Shown here piece by piece: positions 1-9,231 of a stretch of DNA of 53,831 nucleotides. The notes beneath the pieces were generated by a model. It saw only the letters and a list, made by a program, of their open reading frames with translations, made no database searches and was not told the origin of the DNA. Position numbers and translations under genes: made by a program. Location of the stretch: IMG/VR virus record IMGVR_UViG_3300028735_000012, positions 1-53,831 of that record, one strand, 5' to 3'. Source of the DNA: a virus. Taxonomy: Duplodnaviria > Caudoviricetes. Within the stretch, counting starts at the first letter, position 1. The number at the start of each line of letters is the position of its first letter.

Positions 1-2052
1 GCTGGAACTTTGAATCACGTCAGCGATGGGGTGTGGGAATACGTTCCCACCCAGGGTGAGACCGATTGTGCGATGTTAGGCCTGATTCTCAGTGCCAGCA
101 ATGCCTATGCGGTTGCTTTGACCGTCCCTACCACTCGCTTGCCGTTGCAAACGTCAGGAGTGCTGCCCGACGCAGCTGCTGACAGTGCAGGTGGTTTGCC
201 AGTGTTAGACAGCAACAACACTATTGCCGCCAACGTCACTCGGTTTGGTGGTACGGCGGGCATCTTCAGTGGAGGTCGGCCCGAAGTAAACACGACCCAT
301 TGGGGAGGCACGGCCACGACCAGTGCCAACGTGCGGGCGAATGTGGTACAGATTGACGGACAAACAGCTAATGCCAGCGCCGCTGTGACGTTCCCCGCAA
401 ACATTGGTACGTCTACTCTCGATGCTGCGGGAGTATGGGGGCATACGACTCGTACTCTCACCTCAGGAGCGGCACCCAGCGTAGCCGACATTTGGAGTCA
501 TTCCTCGCGGACGCTGACGGGTAATGTGGATGCCAACATCGTCCAGATTGCCGGACAAACGGCAAATGCCAGCAGTGCCGTAACCTTTCCTGCGAGCATT
601 GGTACGTCTACTCTGGATGCTTCGGGAGTTTGGAGTCATTCCAGCCGCACTCTCACTTCTGGGACGGCTCCGAGTGTAGCAGACATTTGGAGTCACACGA
701 CACGAACACTCACCGACACCGTGGATGCCAACGTTGTTCAGATCGCGGGTCAGACGGCTAACGCCAATGGGGCAGTGACATTTCCTGCAAACGTGGGCAC
801 ATCTACTCTAGACGCTGCTGGAGTATGGGGCCATGCAAGCCGTACCTTAACGGGCAGCGTTGATGCCAATGTCATCCAGATTGCCGGGCAAACAGCAAAT
901 GCTAGTAGTGCGGTGACGTTTCCTGCAACCATCGGCACATCGACCCTCGATGCCTCTGGCGTTTGGGGCCACTCCACACGAACCCTTACGTCGGGAGCTG
1001 CACCCAGCGTTTCGGACATTTGGAGTCATTCGAGTCGCACGTTGACAGGTAACGTGAACGCCAACGTAGTGCAGATCGCTGGACAAACAGCAAATGCTAG
1101 CAATGCGGTGACGTTTCCCGCGAACATCGGTACATCCACTTTGGACGCTCCAGGAGTATGGAACCACACCAGCCGTACTCTCACTTCAGGGGCCGCTCCA
1201 AGCGTGGCAGACATTTGGAGTCATTCGAGTCGCACCCTGACTTCAGGGGCCGCTCCCAGTGTAGCAGATATTTGGTCGCACACGAGCCGCACTTTGACAA
1301 GCACCGTCAATGCCAACGTCATCCAGATTGCTGGACAAGCCGCGAATGCTAGTGCAGCCGTCACTTTCCCCGCAAGCATCGGTACATCCACACTCGATGC
1401 TGCTGAAGTGTGGAGTCACACAACACGCACGATCACAGGGGGCACGCTAACCAATAGTCCGCCCACTGTTGCCCAAATTGTAGCGGGAGTTTGGGACGCT
1501 ACTGCCGCTTCTTACACAAGCAGCGGATCGACCGGTGAAAAGCTGCATCAGCTGGACACGCATACAACAACCATCAAAGCCAAGACAGATCAATTGACAT
1601 TTACATTAGGGCGTGTGGATGCCAACGCGACGGCGGTCATTCAAGGGGCCGACGTTACGCTAATCGTCAATGGCACTACTCAGGGCGTCATTGCTGGTCT
1701 GGGTTCGGCGAGGATTACGATACGTTCCCCCCTATCGCCTCGCGGACAGCAACTTTTCATTACGCCGGGCGACGACTACTACGTTTCGGATCGGGCTGTT
1801 CCCGAGTGGGAGGAAGACGGTGCGGGCTGGCCGGTACTAACGGGGGCGACCGTCACACTGGTGGTCAACGGAGGATCGTTGCTCATCCCGGCCACAATCG
1901 TGGTAGCAACCGGTAGCAACAAAAAAGTGCGGATCGAGATGAGCCGCACGGTATCGGCACAAATCCACGAGGCACCATACGAACTAGTCGCTACACTTGC
2001 AGATACAGGACGCAAATTCACCTTGGCCAAAGGTATGGTTGTGCTTGAGTAG
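1..2052 (+). CDS. Repeat-rich tail fiber/virion-associated protein (5'-truncated; frame open from base 1)
   Basis: Alternating ~44-aa (VDANVVQIAGQTANASSAVTFPASIGTSTLDA.GVW.H.SRTLT) and ~19-aa (SGAAPSVADIWSHSSRTLT) repeats; Thr/Ala/Ser-rich; lies upstream of the membrane gene cluster. Confidence 0.65.
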   Translation, partial: AGTLNHVSDGVWEYVPTQGETDCAMLGLILSASNAYAVALTVPTTRLPLQTSGVLPDAAADSAGGLPVLDSNNTIAANVTRFGGTAGIFSGGRPEVNTTHWGGTATTSANVRANVVQIDGQTANASAAVTFPANIGTSTLDAAGVWGHTTRTLTSGAAPSVADIWSHSSRTLTGNVDANIVQIAGQTANASSAVTFPASIGTSTLDASGVWSHSSRTLTSGTAPSVADIWSHTTRTLTDTVDANVVQIAGQTANANGAVTFPANVGTSTLDAAGVWGHASRTLTGSVDANVIQIAGQTANASSAVTFPATIGTSTLDASGVWGHSTRTLTSGAAPSVSDIWSHSSRTLTGNVNANVVQIAGQTANASNAVTFPANIGTSTLDAPGVWNHTSRTLTSGAAPSVADIWSHSSRTLTSGAAPSVADIWSHTSRTLTSTVNANVIQIAGQAANASAAVTFPASIGTSTLDAAEVWSHTTRTITGGTLTNSPPTVAQIVAGVWDATAASYTSSGSTGEKLHQLDTHTTTIKAKTDQLTFTLGRVDANATAVIQGADVTLIVNGTTQGVIAGLGSARITIRSPLSPRGQQLFITPGDDYYVSDRAVPEWEEDGAGWPVLTGATVTLVVNGGSLLIPATIVVATGSNKKVRIEMSRTVSAQIHEAPYELVATLADTGRKFTLAKGMVVLE

Positions 2053-2100
2053 TGTAGATTCCCCATAGATTGCCGCATGGCAATTTATGGGGAATCAAGC

Positions 2101-2364
2101 ATGTCTGAAAATAAAGACGTAGGTCAATTGATGAAACCCATAACGGTTAAAATTGACGCCAATGAGGCGCTTGACCGTTTGGAGAGAATCATCGCTAACC
2201 GGTCTATTGTCATCAAGGTAGATGCCGAAGCGACGCTTGTAAAACTGGAAGGTAAGGCTTTGCAGGTGGCTTTCTGGGGTGGCGTGGCCACTGGAGCGGT
2301 GGGCACAACGCTTGTTGTGATGTTGTTATGTGTCGTGTTTCTGTCATGGGGGAAAAAGCAATGA
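2101..2364 (+). CDS. Small membrane protein (one C-terminal TM)
   Basis: Hydrophobic stretch VAFWGGVATGAVGTTLVVMLLCVVFLSW; overlaps the next start. Confidence 0.6.
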   Translation: MSENKDVGQLMKPITVKIDANEALDRLERIIANRSIVIKVDAEATLVKLEGKALQVAFWGGVATGAVGTTLVVMLLCVVFLSWGKKQ

Positions 2365-2591
2365 ATGAATTGATCAAGCAAATCTGGGAATCCAAGGAAG
2401 TGCGCAGCGCATTCATCGCTGTTGTGGGCATGGTGGCTGCATACCTGCTTGTGCTGTTTGGTTTTGTGCCGGATAAGGCTGCTGCCGGTGCCATGGGGGC
2501 AGCTTTCGCTTCTTGGGCATTCAACGTCTTGCGTTTACGTCTGTTTCCTTCTTCGCCGGTGGAGGTGCCCGATGAAGAAACCAAAGAGTGA
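2361..2591 (+). CDS. Two-TM small protein, holin-like candidate
   Basis: 76 aa, two hydrophobic helices, acidic C-tail, ATGA coupling. Confidence 0.5.
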   Translation: MNELIKQIWESKEVRSAFIAVVGMVAAYLLVLFGFVPDKAAAGAMGAAFASWAFNVLRLRLFPSSPVEVPDEETKE

Positions 2592-3264
2592 TGGTTTTGG
2601 GCCGTGGCTGATTCTGTGCGGCCTAAGTGTGCTTGTTCTGTGGGCGTTGGCTTGGAAGCCCAGGGCTTCGTCGGTCGTCTACGGCGACACGGTAGGCGCG
2701 TACGTCTCTGGCCCTGTATCTCGTGATGGCGTGCGGGCACGCTGTGCCATCCCTGCCCAGTGGCATCAGAAAAACGCGGGCGGGAGCGATGGGGCGGGGC
2801 TGTGTGTGTTTGCTTCGATGCGACACACCGGGCTGATGCAGGGCGATCCAGTTTTTGCGGGCCTGTTTCATTACATGCGCAATTTCCCAGGTGGTAGCTA
2901 CCCATCCAAGACTAAACAAATGATCGAGCGTTACGCCCGCGAAAAGGGCCTACCCGTGCCGCACTACATTCAGGCCGAACGCACGGATTGGGGGCTTATC
3001 CAACGGGCGGCCCAGGCGGGACGGGTGCCAGCCGTGACCTACTCGATTTCACCTACCGGGCGATATCGCGGCCAGCGAATCGCACACATGGTTTCACTGG
3101 TTCATTGCGATGGCGAACGAGTGGCCATCTTGGACAACAACTACATCGGCGAGAATGCTTATGAGTGGATGACTTTAGAGGAAGGTCGTCGTGCGGGCAT
3201 TCTCGATTGGGTGATCGTGCTAATCACTCCGGGTGTCCCCCCGGCCCCTTTTAATGGAGATTGA
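2572..3264 (+). CDS. Membrane-anchored/exported papain-fold (C39-like) cysteine peptidase
   Basis: GGAGG RBS before ATG 2572; N-terminal TM; GLCVFAS (Cys), AHMVSLV (His), ILDNN (Asp/Asn) in papain-like order. Confidence 0.55.
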   Translation: MKKPKSDGFGPWLILCGLSVLVLWALAWKPRASSVVYGDTVGAYVSGPVSRDGVRARCAIPAQWHQKNAGGSDGAGLCVFASMRHTGLMQGDPVFAGLFHYMRNFPGGSYPSKTKQMIERYAREKGLPVPHYIQAERTDWGLIQRAAQAGRVPAVTYSISPTGRYRGQRIAHMVSLVHCDGERVAILDNNYIGENAYEWMTLEEGRRAGILDWVIVLITPGVPPAPFNGD

Positions 3265-3932
3265 TTATGCTTGAACTGTTAAACCTAAAAACATTGTTGA
3301 AATTGACCTTGGCGATTTTGCTTTGTGTGGCGGGCTGGCTTGCACTGCCTGATGTCGAAGAAAATTTGCCCACAGGGGTGGATGCTTCTAAACTCTCGCC
3401 TGAGCCACGCTACTCGATTGACGGGAAAGAGACAACCCGCGAAGCTGTAGATGCGGTCTTGCTCGCCAATTATGTCCCTGATGATTCGGGCAAGATTCGC
3501 TTGGTGTTGATTGGCGATGAGGCTGCACGTCGCAAGGTGCTGGATGATTTTACTAAGCCGCGGCTTAAAGCGTTAAGCGACAAACTGGTGATCAACGCCT
3601 ACCCTGACGATCACCCACTCGTCAAGCAAGCAGGATTTGTCACTTCAGGGGATGTGGATATTTATGTGATGCGGGCCGATGGTAAGGTGCTAGGTCGCAA
3701 CCATGACGGGAAATATCACGGGCCGGAGTGGCTGGCCTGTGCAATTGAGCAAAAGCCCTACGATCCTAGCAAGGATCCAGACCTGACGCCCAAACCGGGG
3801 CCGAGGCCCAACCCGGACGGGCCGTCGCCATTGCTGCCTAGCTTGCCAGACCTGCAACAGGTGCCGTGGTTTTATTGGGTGGTGGGAGCCATCCTGATCT
3901 ATCTCGTGTTTTTACGCAAGGGGGCCAAATAA
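3261..3932 (+). CDS. Membrane protein with N- and C-terminal TM and Pro-rich linker
   Basis: ORF track; hydrophobic termini, PKPGPRPNPDGPSP linker. Confidence 0.6.
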   Translation: MIMLELLNLKTLLKLTLAILLCVAGWLALPDVEENLPTGVDASKLSPEPRYSIDGKETTREAVDAVLLANYVPDDSGKIRLVLIGDEAARRKVLDDFTKPRLKALSDKLVINAYPDDHPLVKQAGFVTSGDVDIYVMRADGKVLGRNHDGKYHGPEWLACAIEQKPYDPSKDPDLTPKPGPRPNPDGPSPLLPSLPDLQQVPWFYWVVGAILIYLVFLRKGAK

Positions 3933-4387
3933 TGCTCGCTTTGGTCCTAATTTTGGCGGGCCAGTGGGGGGTAGCGGGGTGCGCGTCCGGTCGGACGATT
4001 TACACACCTCCGGCTTATGCTCCTCAACCTGCTCCTACTACTCTCCCGGCTCCGGCGGTTGAATCGCCCCGTGTGATTGATCAGCCGCCGGTCGATGTCG
4101 AGAAGCTCAAAGCGGAACTGCGACTTGAACTGCGAGCGTATGCCCGTGAGTGGCTAGAGAAAAAGCTCGCTGAGCAACAACAGTCTAGCAATGCTGAACA
4201 AATTACTATGCTGCACATGCCGCGTGAGATGCCTGACGAGGAGCTTGATGCCATACCGGTGATGCCTTCGATCACGCCACAACCCGCGACAAAGATTGCA
4301 CCGCCCATACCACTTTTGCCCTACGTTCTGTTCGCCTGTGCAGCTATCATGCTGCTGTTGGATTTAAAAAGGAGTGAACATGCCTGA
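3932..4387 (+). CDS. Exported/membrane protein, Pro-rich
   Basis: TAATG overlap with the upstream gene; signal-like N-terminus, C-terminal TM. Confidence 0.55.
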   Translation: MLALVLILAGQWGVAGCASGRTIYTPPAYAPQPAPTTLPAPAVESPRVIDQPPVDVEKLKAELRLELRAYAREWLEKKLAEQQQSSNAEQITMLHMPREMPDEELDAIPVMPSITPQPATKIAPPIPLLPYVLFACAAIMLLLDLKRSEHA

Positions 4388-4706
4388 TTTATTGACCCAT
4401 GTTTTGTTGGCTGTAGGCGGCACGGTATTGGCTTTGCGCCTTGTGCCCCAATTGCAAGACTTACTGCTGGACAAACGATCACCGTCTCAACCGGCAGATC
4501 CAGCAGTGCCGATTAACCCTGTGCCTCCGACGGTCCCTAATGTGCCGCTGCCGGACAAATTGGCTCAACGGCCCGGAGTCCGGCTGTTGCTCAATGCGCT
4601 TGTGACGGTGGCCGCCTTGACGCCCAACAAGCTGGACGACGTTGCGGTCGAGTGGGCTAAGCGATTGCTCCAGATGGCTGAGCTACCTAAGCAGGGGCCT
4701 GAGTGA
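4380..4706 (+). CDS. Membrane protein, Pro-rich
   Basis: AAGGAG RBS; N-terminal TM; TPNKLDD motif. Confidence 0.55.
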   Translation: MPDLLTHVLLAVGGTVLALRLVPQLQDLLLDKRSPSQPADPAVPINPVPPTVPNVPLPDKLAQRPGVRLLLNALVTVAALTPNKLDDVAVEWAKRLLQMAELPKQGPE

Positions 4707-5080
4707 TGCGACTACTCGTCTTACTTGCTTTTGTGGCAGGCTTGCTTATTGCGGCCCCGCTGCCACGTCCGAAACCTCGACCGCCGCTTACTGGCACTAC
4801 TTGGGTGATGGTGCATGGCAGCAGCACTTACTGGGCACGCTTTCATGCTGACGGTCGCTACATGGCCGGCAATTGCAACAGTAAGCGGCCTCTGTGGGCA
4901 GGCACCTGGCGGATGGACGGTGACACATTAGTAGTGAAAGAGCAAATGGCCGACGTGTTTGGCCAGCCGTTGCCTGATGCATGGATCTTGCACTGGACTG
5001 CTGAGGTCGAACCGGGAGCGTGGCAGGGCACTTACTACGATTCGAGTGGCAGGACAGGTATATTTCGATTGCAGAAATGA
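4703..5080 (+). CDS. Exported protein with signal peptide followed by AAPLPRPKP (planctomycete-type) and small beta domain
   Basis: Signal peptide, LTGTTW...GTWRMDGDTLVV lipocalin-like pattern. Confidence 0.55.
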   Translation: MMRLLVLLAFVAGLLIAAPLPRPKPRPPLTGTTWVMVHGSSTYWARFHADGRYMAGNCNSKRPLWAGTWRMDGDTLVVKEQMADVFGQPLPDAWILHWTAEVEPGAWQGTYYDSSGRTGIFRLQK

Positions 5081-5085
5081 CGAAC

Positions 5086-5118
5086 GCCGCCCCGATACGG
5101 AGCGGCGTCAGTTTTTGT
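5086..5118. terminator. Putative intrinsic terminator between convergent genes
   Basis: acgccgc-cccg-ata-cgg-a-gcggcgt hairpin followed by cagttttt. Confidence 0.5.
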
Positions 5119-5148
5119 CAAGCCAACGGGGCGAACGCTGGCTGAATG

Positions 5149-5382
5149 TCATTCACACTGGCAATCGGAATGTGGGTAGGTCTGCCGACCGCACTCTGAG
5201 CAGGTCGAGACCCGATCGTCGCACACGGTGGTGCTGAGCAGGCTGCGGACGCCCACGCCTTGGTAGCGGCCATAGACCTTCGTGCAGCCGCAGGTGTGTT
5301 TCACGACCATCTGGCCGTCACTGGTGACGATTCTTTCGGTCGGAGTGTTACAGGTGGGCAGAAAGCCGAGTTTCGTAGCCAT
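5149..5382 (-). CDS. Small Cys-rich (putative Zn-binding) early protein
   Basis: Strong AAGGAG RBS on minus strand; HTCGC and CSEC motifs; consensus promoter upstream. Confidence 0.65.
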   Translation of the reverse strand: MATKLGFLPTCNTPTERIVTSDGQMVVKHTCGCTKVYGRYQGVGVRSLLSTTVCDDRVSTCSECGRQTYPHSDCQCE

Positions 5383-5434
5383 TGTTAATTCTCCTTTTCA
5401 GGTTCGAGTTAGAGGTTTTGCTCTCGACACTTTT

Positions 5435-5463
5435 ATAGTAATCGCGTGTCGGCTAGTTGTCAA
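5435..5463 (-). promoter_or_regulatory. Sigma70-type promoter TTGACA-17-TACTAT
   Basis: Reverse complement of atagta(5435-5440)...tgtcaa(5458-5463), 17-bp spacer. Confidence 0.7.
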
Positions 5464-5622
5464 GCGACAACACCATTTTTTTGATTTTTTCGAGATCGCT
5501 TTTAGTCATTCTCGCTCGAATCGGCGTCCCGCTAGTTTCCTTTTGGGGGCATGGTTTTGGCTAATTCGTACATGTTCTGTGGAGATGTAGAACCACTCCA
5601 TATAATCTGTGGATAACTAGAT

Positions 5623-6429
5623 ATGTCTACGTCAGCAAAAAAGAAAAAGCGAGCCACCAATAACCTGACATGTCCTGATCCGCTGACGGCAAAATATACA
5701 ACTCACGATATTGACGCATGCGGTAGATGGCTGATCCTATCTGATTTGCACATTCCCTATCATGATCGACGTGCCATCGAGATTGCTGTTGATGCAGCTG
5801 CCAAACGCCGAGTAGACGGAATCCTACTCAACGGCGACGTGTTAGACAGTCATGAAATCAGTGAGCATGACAAAGATCCGAAAGCACTTAGATACGTTGA
5901 AGAAATAGAAATCACCTTGCAATTTCTTCGTTGGTTGCGTAAGCGATTTCCGCGTGCGCATATCATTTTTAAAGAAGGCAATCATGAAGAAAGATTGATT
6001 CGATACGTTATAAAAAATGCCCCTGCGATCTTTGGATTGGAAGGTCTTTCAGTGCCTGATCTGCTCCATTGTGGCAAGCTGGGGATTGATTGGGTTGGCG
6101 ACCGGCGGGTTATTCGTCTTGGGCGACTAAACGTGATTCATGGACACGAATATCGCGGTGGGATTAGCACGCCGGTAAACCCGGCACGAGGGTTGTACCT
6201 CAAAGCCCGGTCTGTCGTTATGTGTGGCCATTGGCATCGGACCAGCGAGCATCATGAGCGGGACATTCGCGGTCGATCAGAGGCCGCCTGGAGTGTTGGC
6301 TGTTTGTGCCAGTTAACACCAAGATACTGCCCGCTGAACAATTGGAATTTGGGCTTTGCCTTTGTGCAAATAACAAAAGATAGCTTTGAGGTGGAAAATA
6401 AAAGAGTTCTTGAAGGAAAGATTGTATAA
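5623..6429 (+). CDS. Calcineurin-like metallophosphoesterase
   Basis: Motifs SDLH, NGD, GNHE, HGHE, GHWH. Confidence 0.85.
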   Translation: MSTSAKKKKRATNNLTCPDPLTAKYTTHDIDACGRWLILSDLHIPYHDRRAIEIAVDAAAKRRVDGILLNGDVLDSHEISEHDKDPKALRYVEEIEITLQFLRWLRKRFPRAHIIFKEGNHEERLIRYVIKNAPAIFGLEGLSVPDLLHCGKLGIDWVGDRRVIRLGRLNVIHGHEYRGGISTPVNPARGLYLKARSVVMCGHWHRTSEHHERDIRGRSEAAWSVGCLCQLTPRYCPLNNWNLGFAFVQITKDSFEVENKRVLEGKIV

Positions 6430-6735
6430 ATTTGTATTGATGTATTGCTTAGATCTCAGCAATCACGGAATGCGGACTGTCGCGTCTGGCCGCAAGTTGG
6501 ATTGGCGCATCCAGTGCTAAGGTGATTAGACGACGCAGATCCGACACCAGCATCGCCACAATGCTCACATTGGCGGCCATCATGCCCTCGAACCAGCCTA
6601 GGCCGTTGGCACGACTACAATCCCTTCATTTGCTCGAAAAAAAATCGCAAAATTTTTTTGAGAGCTGGTGTCCATTCCGCCTTAAGTGTATATGCTACAA
6701 GCATTTACAAAAAGAAAGAAATTTTCCATAAGGGG

Positions 6736-6764
6736 TTGACGGATGACAATAGCGAGTCTACAAT
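6736..6764 (+). promoter_or_regulatory. Sigma70-type promoter TTGACG-17-TACAAT
   Basis: Direct reading; precedes ORF 6808. Confidence 0.7.
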
Positions 6765-6807
6765 GATGGTGTCGAGAGAAAAACCTAACCCAAACCCGGA
6801 GAAAGAG

Positions 6808-7101
6808 ATGAAACTGAAACCAGCCCCGAAAAATTCGTTCACGGTTCTTGCCGTCGCCGCCTTTGGAGACATTATTGCTGTAGCCGCCGACTGGCGGCAA
6901 GCCAACTGCCAAGTCTTTGCCTACGGTGCGGACGGCTGGCAAGCCACCGCCTTTCAAGTGGCGGACTTCCGCCACAGCGCGCACCAAGCGCTTGCCCATG
7001 AAATTCGGGAATACATCGCGGCACCGGAAGGCGTTTCTCCCGATGAGGTCTCTGAAGAGACGATTGATGGCGTGATTTCCCGCGCCGAATGGGTGGTTTA
7101 A
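6808..7101 (+). CDS. Hypothetical early protein
   Basis: GGAG RBS before ATG 6808 (track start 6658 lies upstream of the promoter). Confidence 0.6.
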   Translation: MKLKPAPKNSFTVLAVAAFGDIIAVAADWRQANCQVFAYGADGWQATAFQVADFRHSAHQALAHEIREYIAAPEGVSPDEVSEETIDGVISRAEWVV

Positions 7102-7459
7102 ACGACTACCCTAAACGCAGACCCACGGAGCAGGACATATGCCCTGCTCTGGTAATGCGGCGGCCCGGTGGGTAGCCCGGGCGCAGACAGTCACCGCATT
7201 CCGGACCCGGCCGGTTGCCGGGTAAGGAGGAAGAGCGATGGATTATTCGGCAGAAAACGCATTATTAAGGCCGCTGGCATTGGTCGTATCGGCAAAGATA
7301 TCGTCCTAGTTGGGTCTAAAAATGAGTACACGGGATATGCCTTCCATGTCGGGAAGCATCCGTTAATTCAGTATATTCAATCAATGGAAGTAACGTATGA
7401 CTGGTGACGAGGGGTGCCCGGATGTGTAGCCCGGGCACCCTATGTAAAGGAGAAGAAAA

Positions 7460-7999
7460 ATGGCGAACGATATGTCGTACTTAATCGCCCGACGACGGGC
7501 GGAAGATGTCGCCCTTCAAGCCAGCAGTGAGGATGCATGGCGGCTCCGTGCCGAGCTGGAAGCCGGCGCGGACAACGAGATGACGGTCTTCGTGACCGGG
7601 GGGCACTACCTCACCCTCCCGGCGGTCGAAGGGGATGCCCGAGGGTTGCGGCGCGCGATAGCGCCGCAGTGCGACCATGACACCATCGACGCCCTTGTTG
7701 GGGAGCGTCAGGAGGTTGTTGAGCCATCGGCGGACACACCGCTGGTGATCGAGTTCTCGCATGGAAGCAGCGGCCTAGGCGTCGATGTCCTAGGCCAAAC
7801 CGGCCTGCTGCGCCGGGCATCACTGGGTCGCCCCCCTCAAGTAGAGGGGGAGGCTCTGGTGGCCGAACTGTTGGCACTTGCCAAACAGTTTCGGACGGAC
7901 GACCACTTCTCGAAGGGCAAGGATGCTGTTGTGCTGCTATCCTCGTACAGCCGATCTGGTGACTTCGTTGGGTCGCGCCGGCTCGGAGTGATCCGGTGA
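7460..7999 (+). CDS. Hypothetical protein
   Basis: AAGGAG RBS, 179 aa ORF. Confidence 0.6.
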   Translation: MANDMSYLIARRRAEDVALQASSEDAWRLRAELEAGADNEMTVFVTGGHYLTLPAVEGDARGLRRAIAPQCDHDTIDALVGERQEVVEPSADTPLVIEFSHGSSGLGVDVLGQTGLLRRASLGRPPQVEGEALVAELLALAKQFRTDDHFSKGKDAVVLLSSYSRSGDFVGSRRLGVIR

Positions 8000-8052
8000 T
8001 CCTGGCCCCGGCAGTGCCGGGGCATAATCTGATCCTTTTGAGGGGTGCAACT

Positions 8053-8259
8053 ATGAGTTACGAGGTTTGTAGAGTCAATATGTATCGTATCACCTGCCAG
8101 GCCAACTGGCCTGCCAGCGACCGGGGATGTAGTTGCAGCGGCCCCCGGGCCTTCACCCCAGAAAAAGCCGCCGTCCTAGCCCTAGAAAAGGGCTGGGATT
8201 TGATCGCCGGGCGGTGGGTTTGCCCAGCCCACTTAGAAGCAATTGAAGAGACGGAATAG
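8053..8259 (+). CDS. Small Zn-ribbon-like hypothetical protein
   Basis: GAGGGG RBS; ITC...C and GW...WVCPAH motif typical of small phage proteins. Confidence 0.55.
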   Translation: MSYEVCRVNMYRITCQANWPASDRGCSCSGPRAFTPEKAAVLALEKGWDLIAGRWVCPAHLEAIEETE

Positions 8260-8313
8260 ACTTTTACCTAAAGGAGATTGTTATAGGAAAACCGTCCAAG
8301 AGGAAGCGAAGCG

Positions 8314-9231
8314 ATGAACCTAATCCTGCCCTTGCTCCAGGATGGATTGTCGTACCAGTTGGCGTTGGGTATCCAGGCTGACTGGTACGAAGATGCTAAC
8401 TTGCCCTTAGCAGCAATGGCCTTGCGTTCGCAGGGCCGCGTCGCTGCCAAGTGGGGCCACAATCTCGCTCTTACTCCCCAAGGGGTCGTAGCGGCTTGGG
8501 GCGATAATGGTTTCTTCCAATGCCACGTCCCTAGCGGCCTACTCGCTGTAGCCATTTCTGCTGGCTACAGCCACTCTTTAGCTATCACCCCGGATAGCCA
8601 GGTCGCAGCCTGGGGTGATAACGACTATAACTACAATATCCCCAATGGCTTGCGTGCTGTCGCAATCGCTGCGGGCTATAGCCACTCCCTAGCAATCACT
8701 CCCGAAGCCCAAGTAGTAGCTTGGGGCGATAACGGACATCAACAATGCGACGTGCCTAGCCGCTTGCGCGCCGTTGCCGTCGCTGCGGGCTATAGTCACT
8801 CCCTGGCTCTTACTTCTCAAGGCGAAGTGGTAGCCTGGGGCAGCAATCCGTATAGCCAATACGGCATGCCCCGCAACTTGCGGGCTGTTGCCGTCGCTGT
8901 GGGTTGTAGCCACAATCTCGCAATCACCCCAGAGGCCCAAGTGGTAGCCTGGGGTGATAATGAACACGACCAATGTGAAGTGCCCGACGGCCTGCGGGCT
9001 GTCGCTATCGCTGCGGGCTACAGTCACTCCCTCGCCCTCACCCCGGAGGGAGAAGTAGTAGCCTGGGGCGATAATCGACGCCAACAATGCGCCGTGCCCC
9101 GTGGCCTACGGGCTATCGCTATTGCTGCTGGCTGGCGGCATTCTCTGGCTCTTACGCCAAAAGGTAGAGTAGTAATTTGGGGCGACGAAGAGTATTGCCA
9201 GCATCCTATACCTTCATTTGGGAATGCGTGA
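8314..9231 (+). CDS. RCC1/BLIP-II repeat protein with TIGR02996-like N-terminus (paralog 1)
   Basis: Repeats AIAAGYSHSLAITPEGEVVAWGDN; N-terminal LGIQADWYED. Confidence 0.85.
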   Translation: MNLILPLLQDGLSYQLALGIQADWYEDANLPLAAMALRSQGRVAAKWGHNLALTPQGVVAAWGDNGFFQCHVPSGLLAVAISAGYSHSLAITPDSQVAAWGDNDYNYNIPNGLRAVAIAAGYSHSLAITPEAQVVAWGDNGHQQCDVPSRLRAVAVAAGYSHSLALTSQGEVVAWGSNPYSQYGMPRNLRAVAVAVGCSHNLAITPEAQVVAWGDNEHDQCEVPDGLRAVAIAAGYSHSLALTPEGEVVAWGDNRRQQCAVPRGLRAIAIAAGWRHSLALTPKGRVVIWGDEEYCQHPIPSFGNA

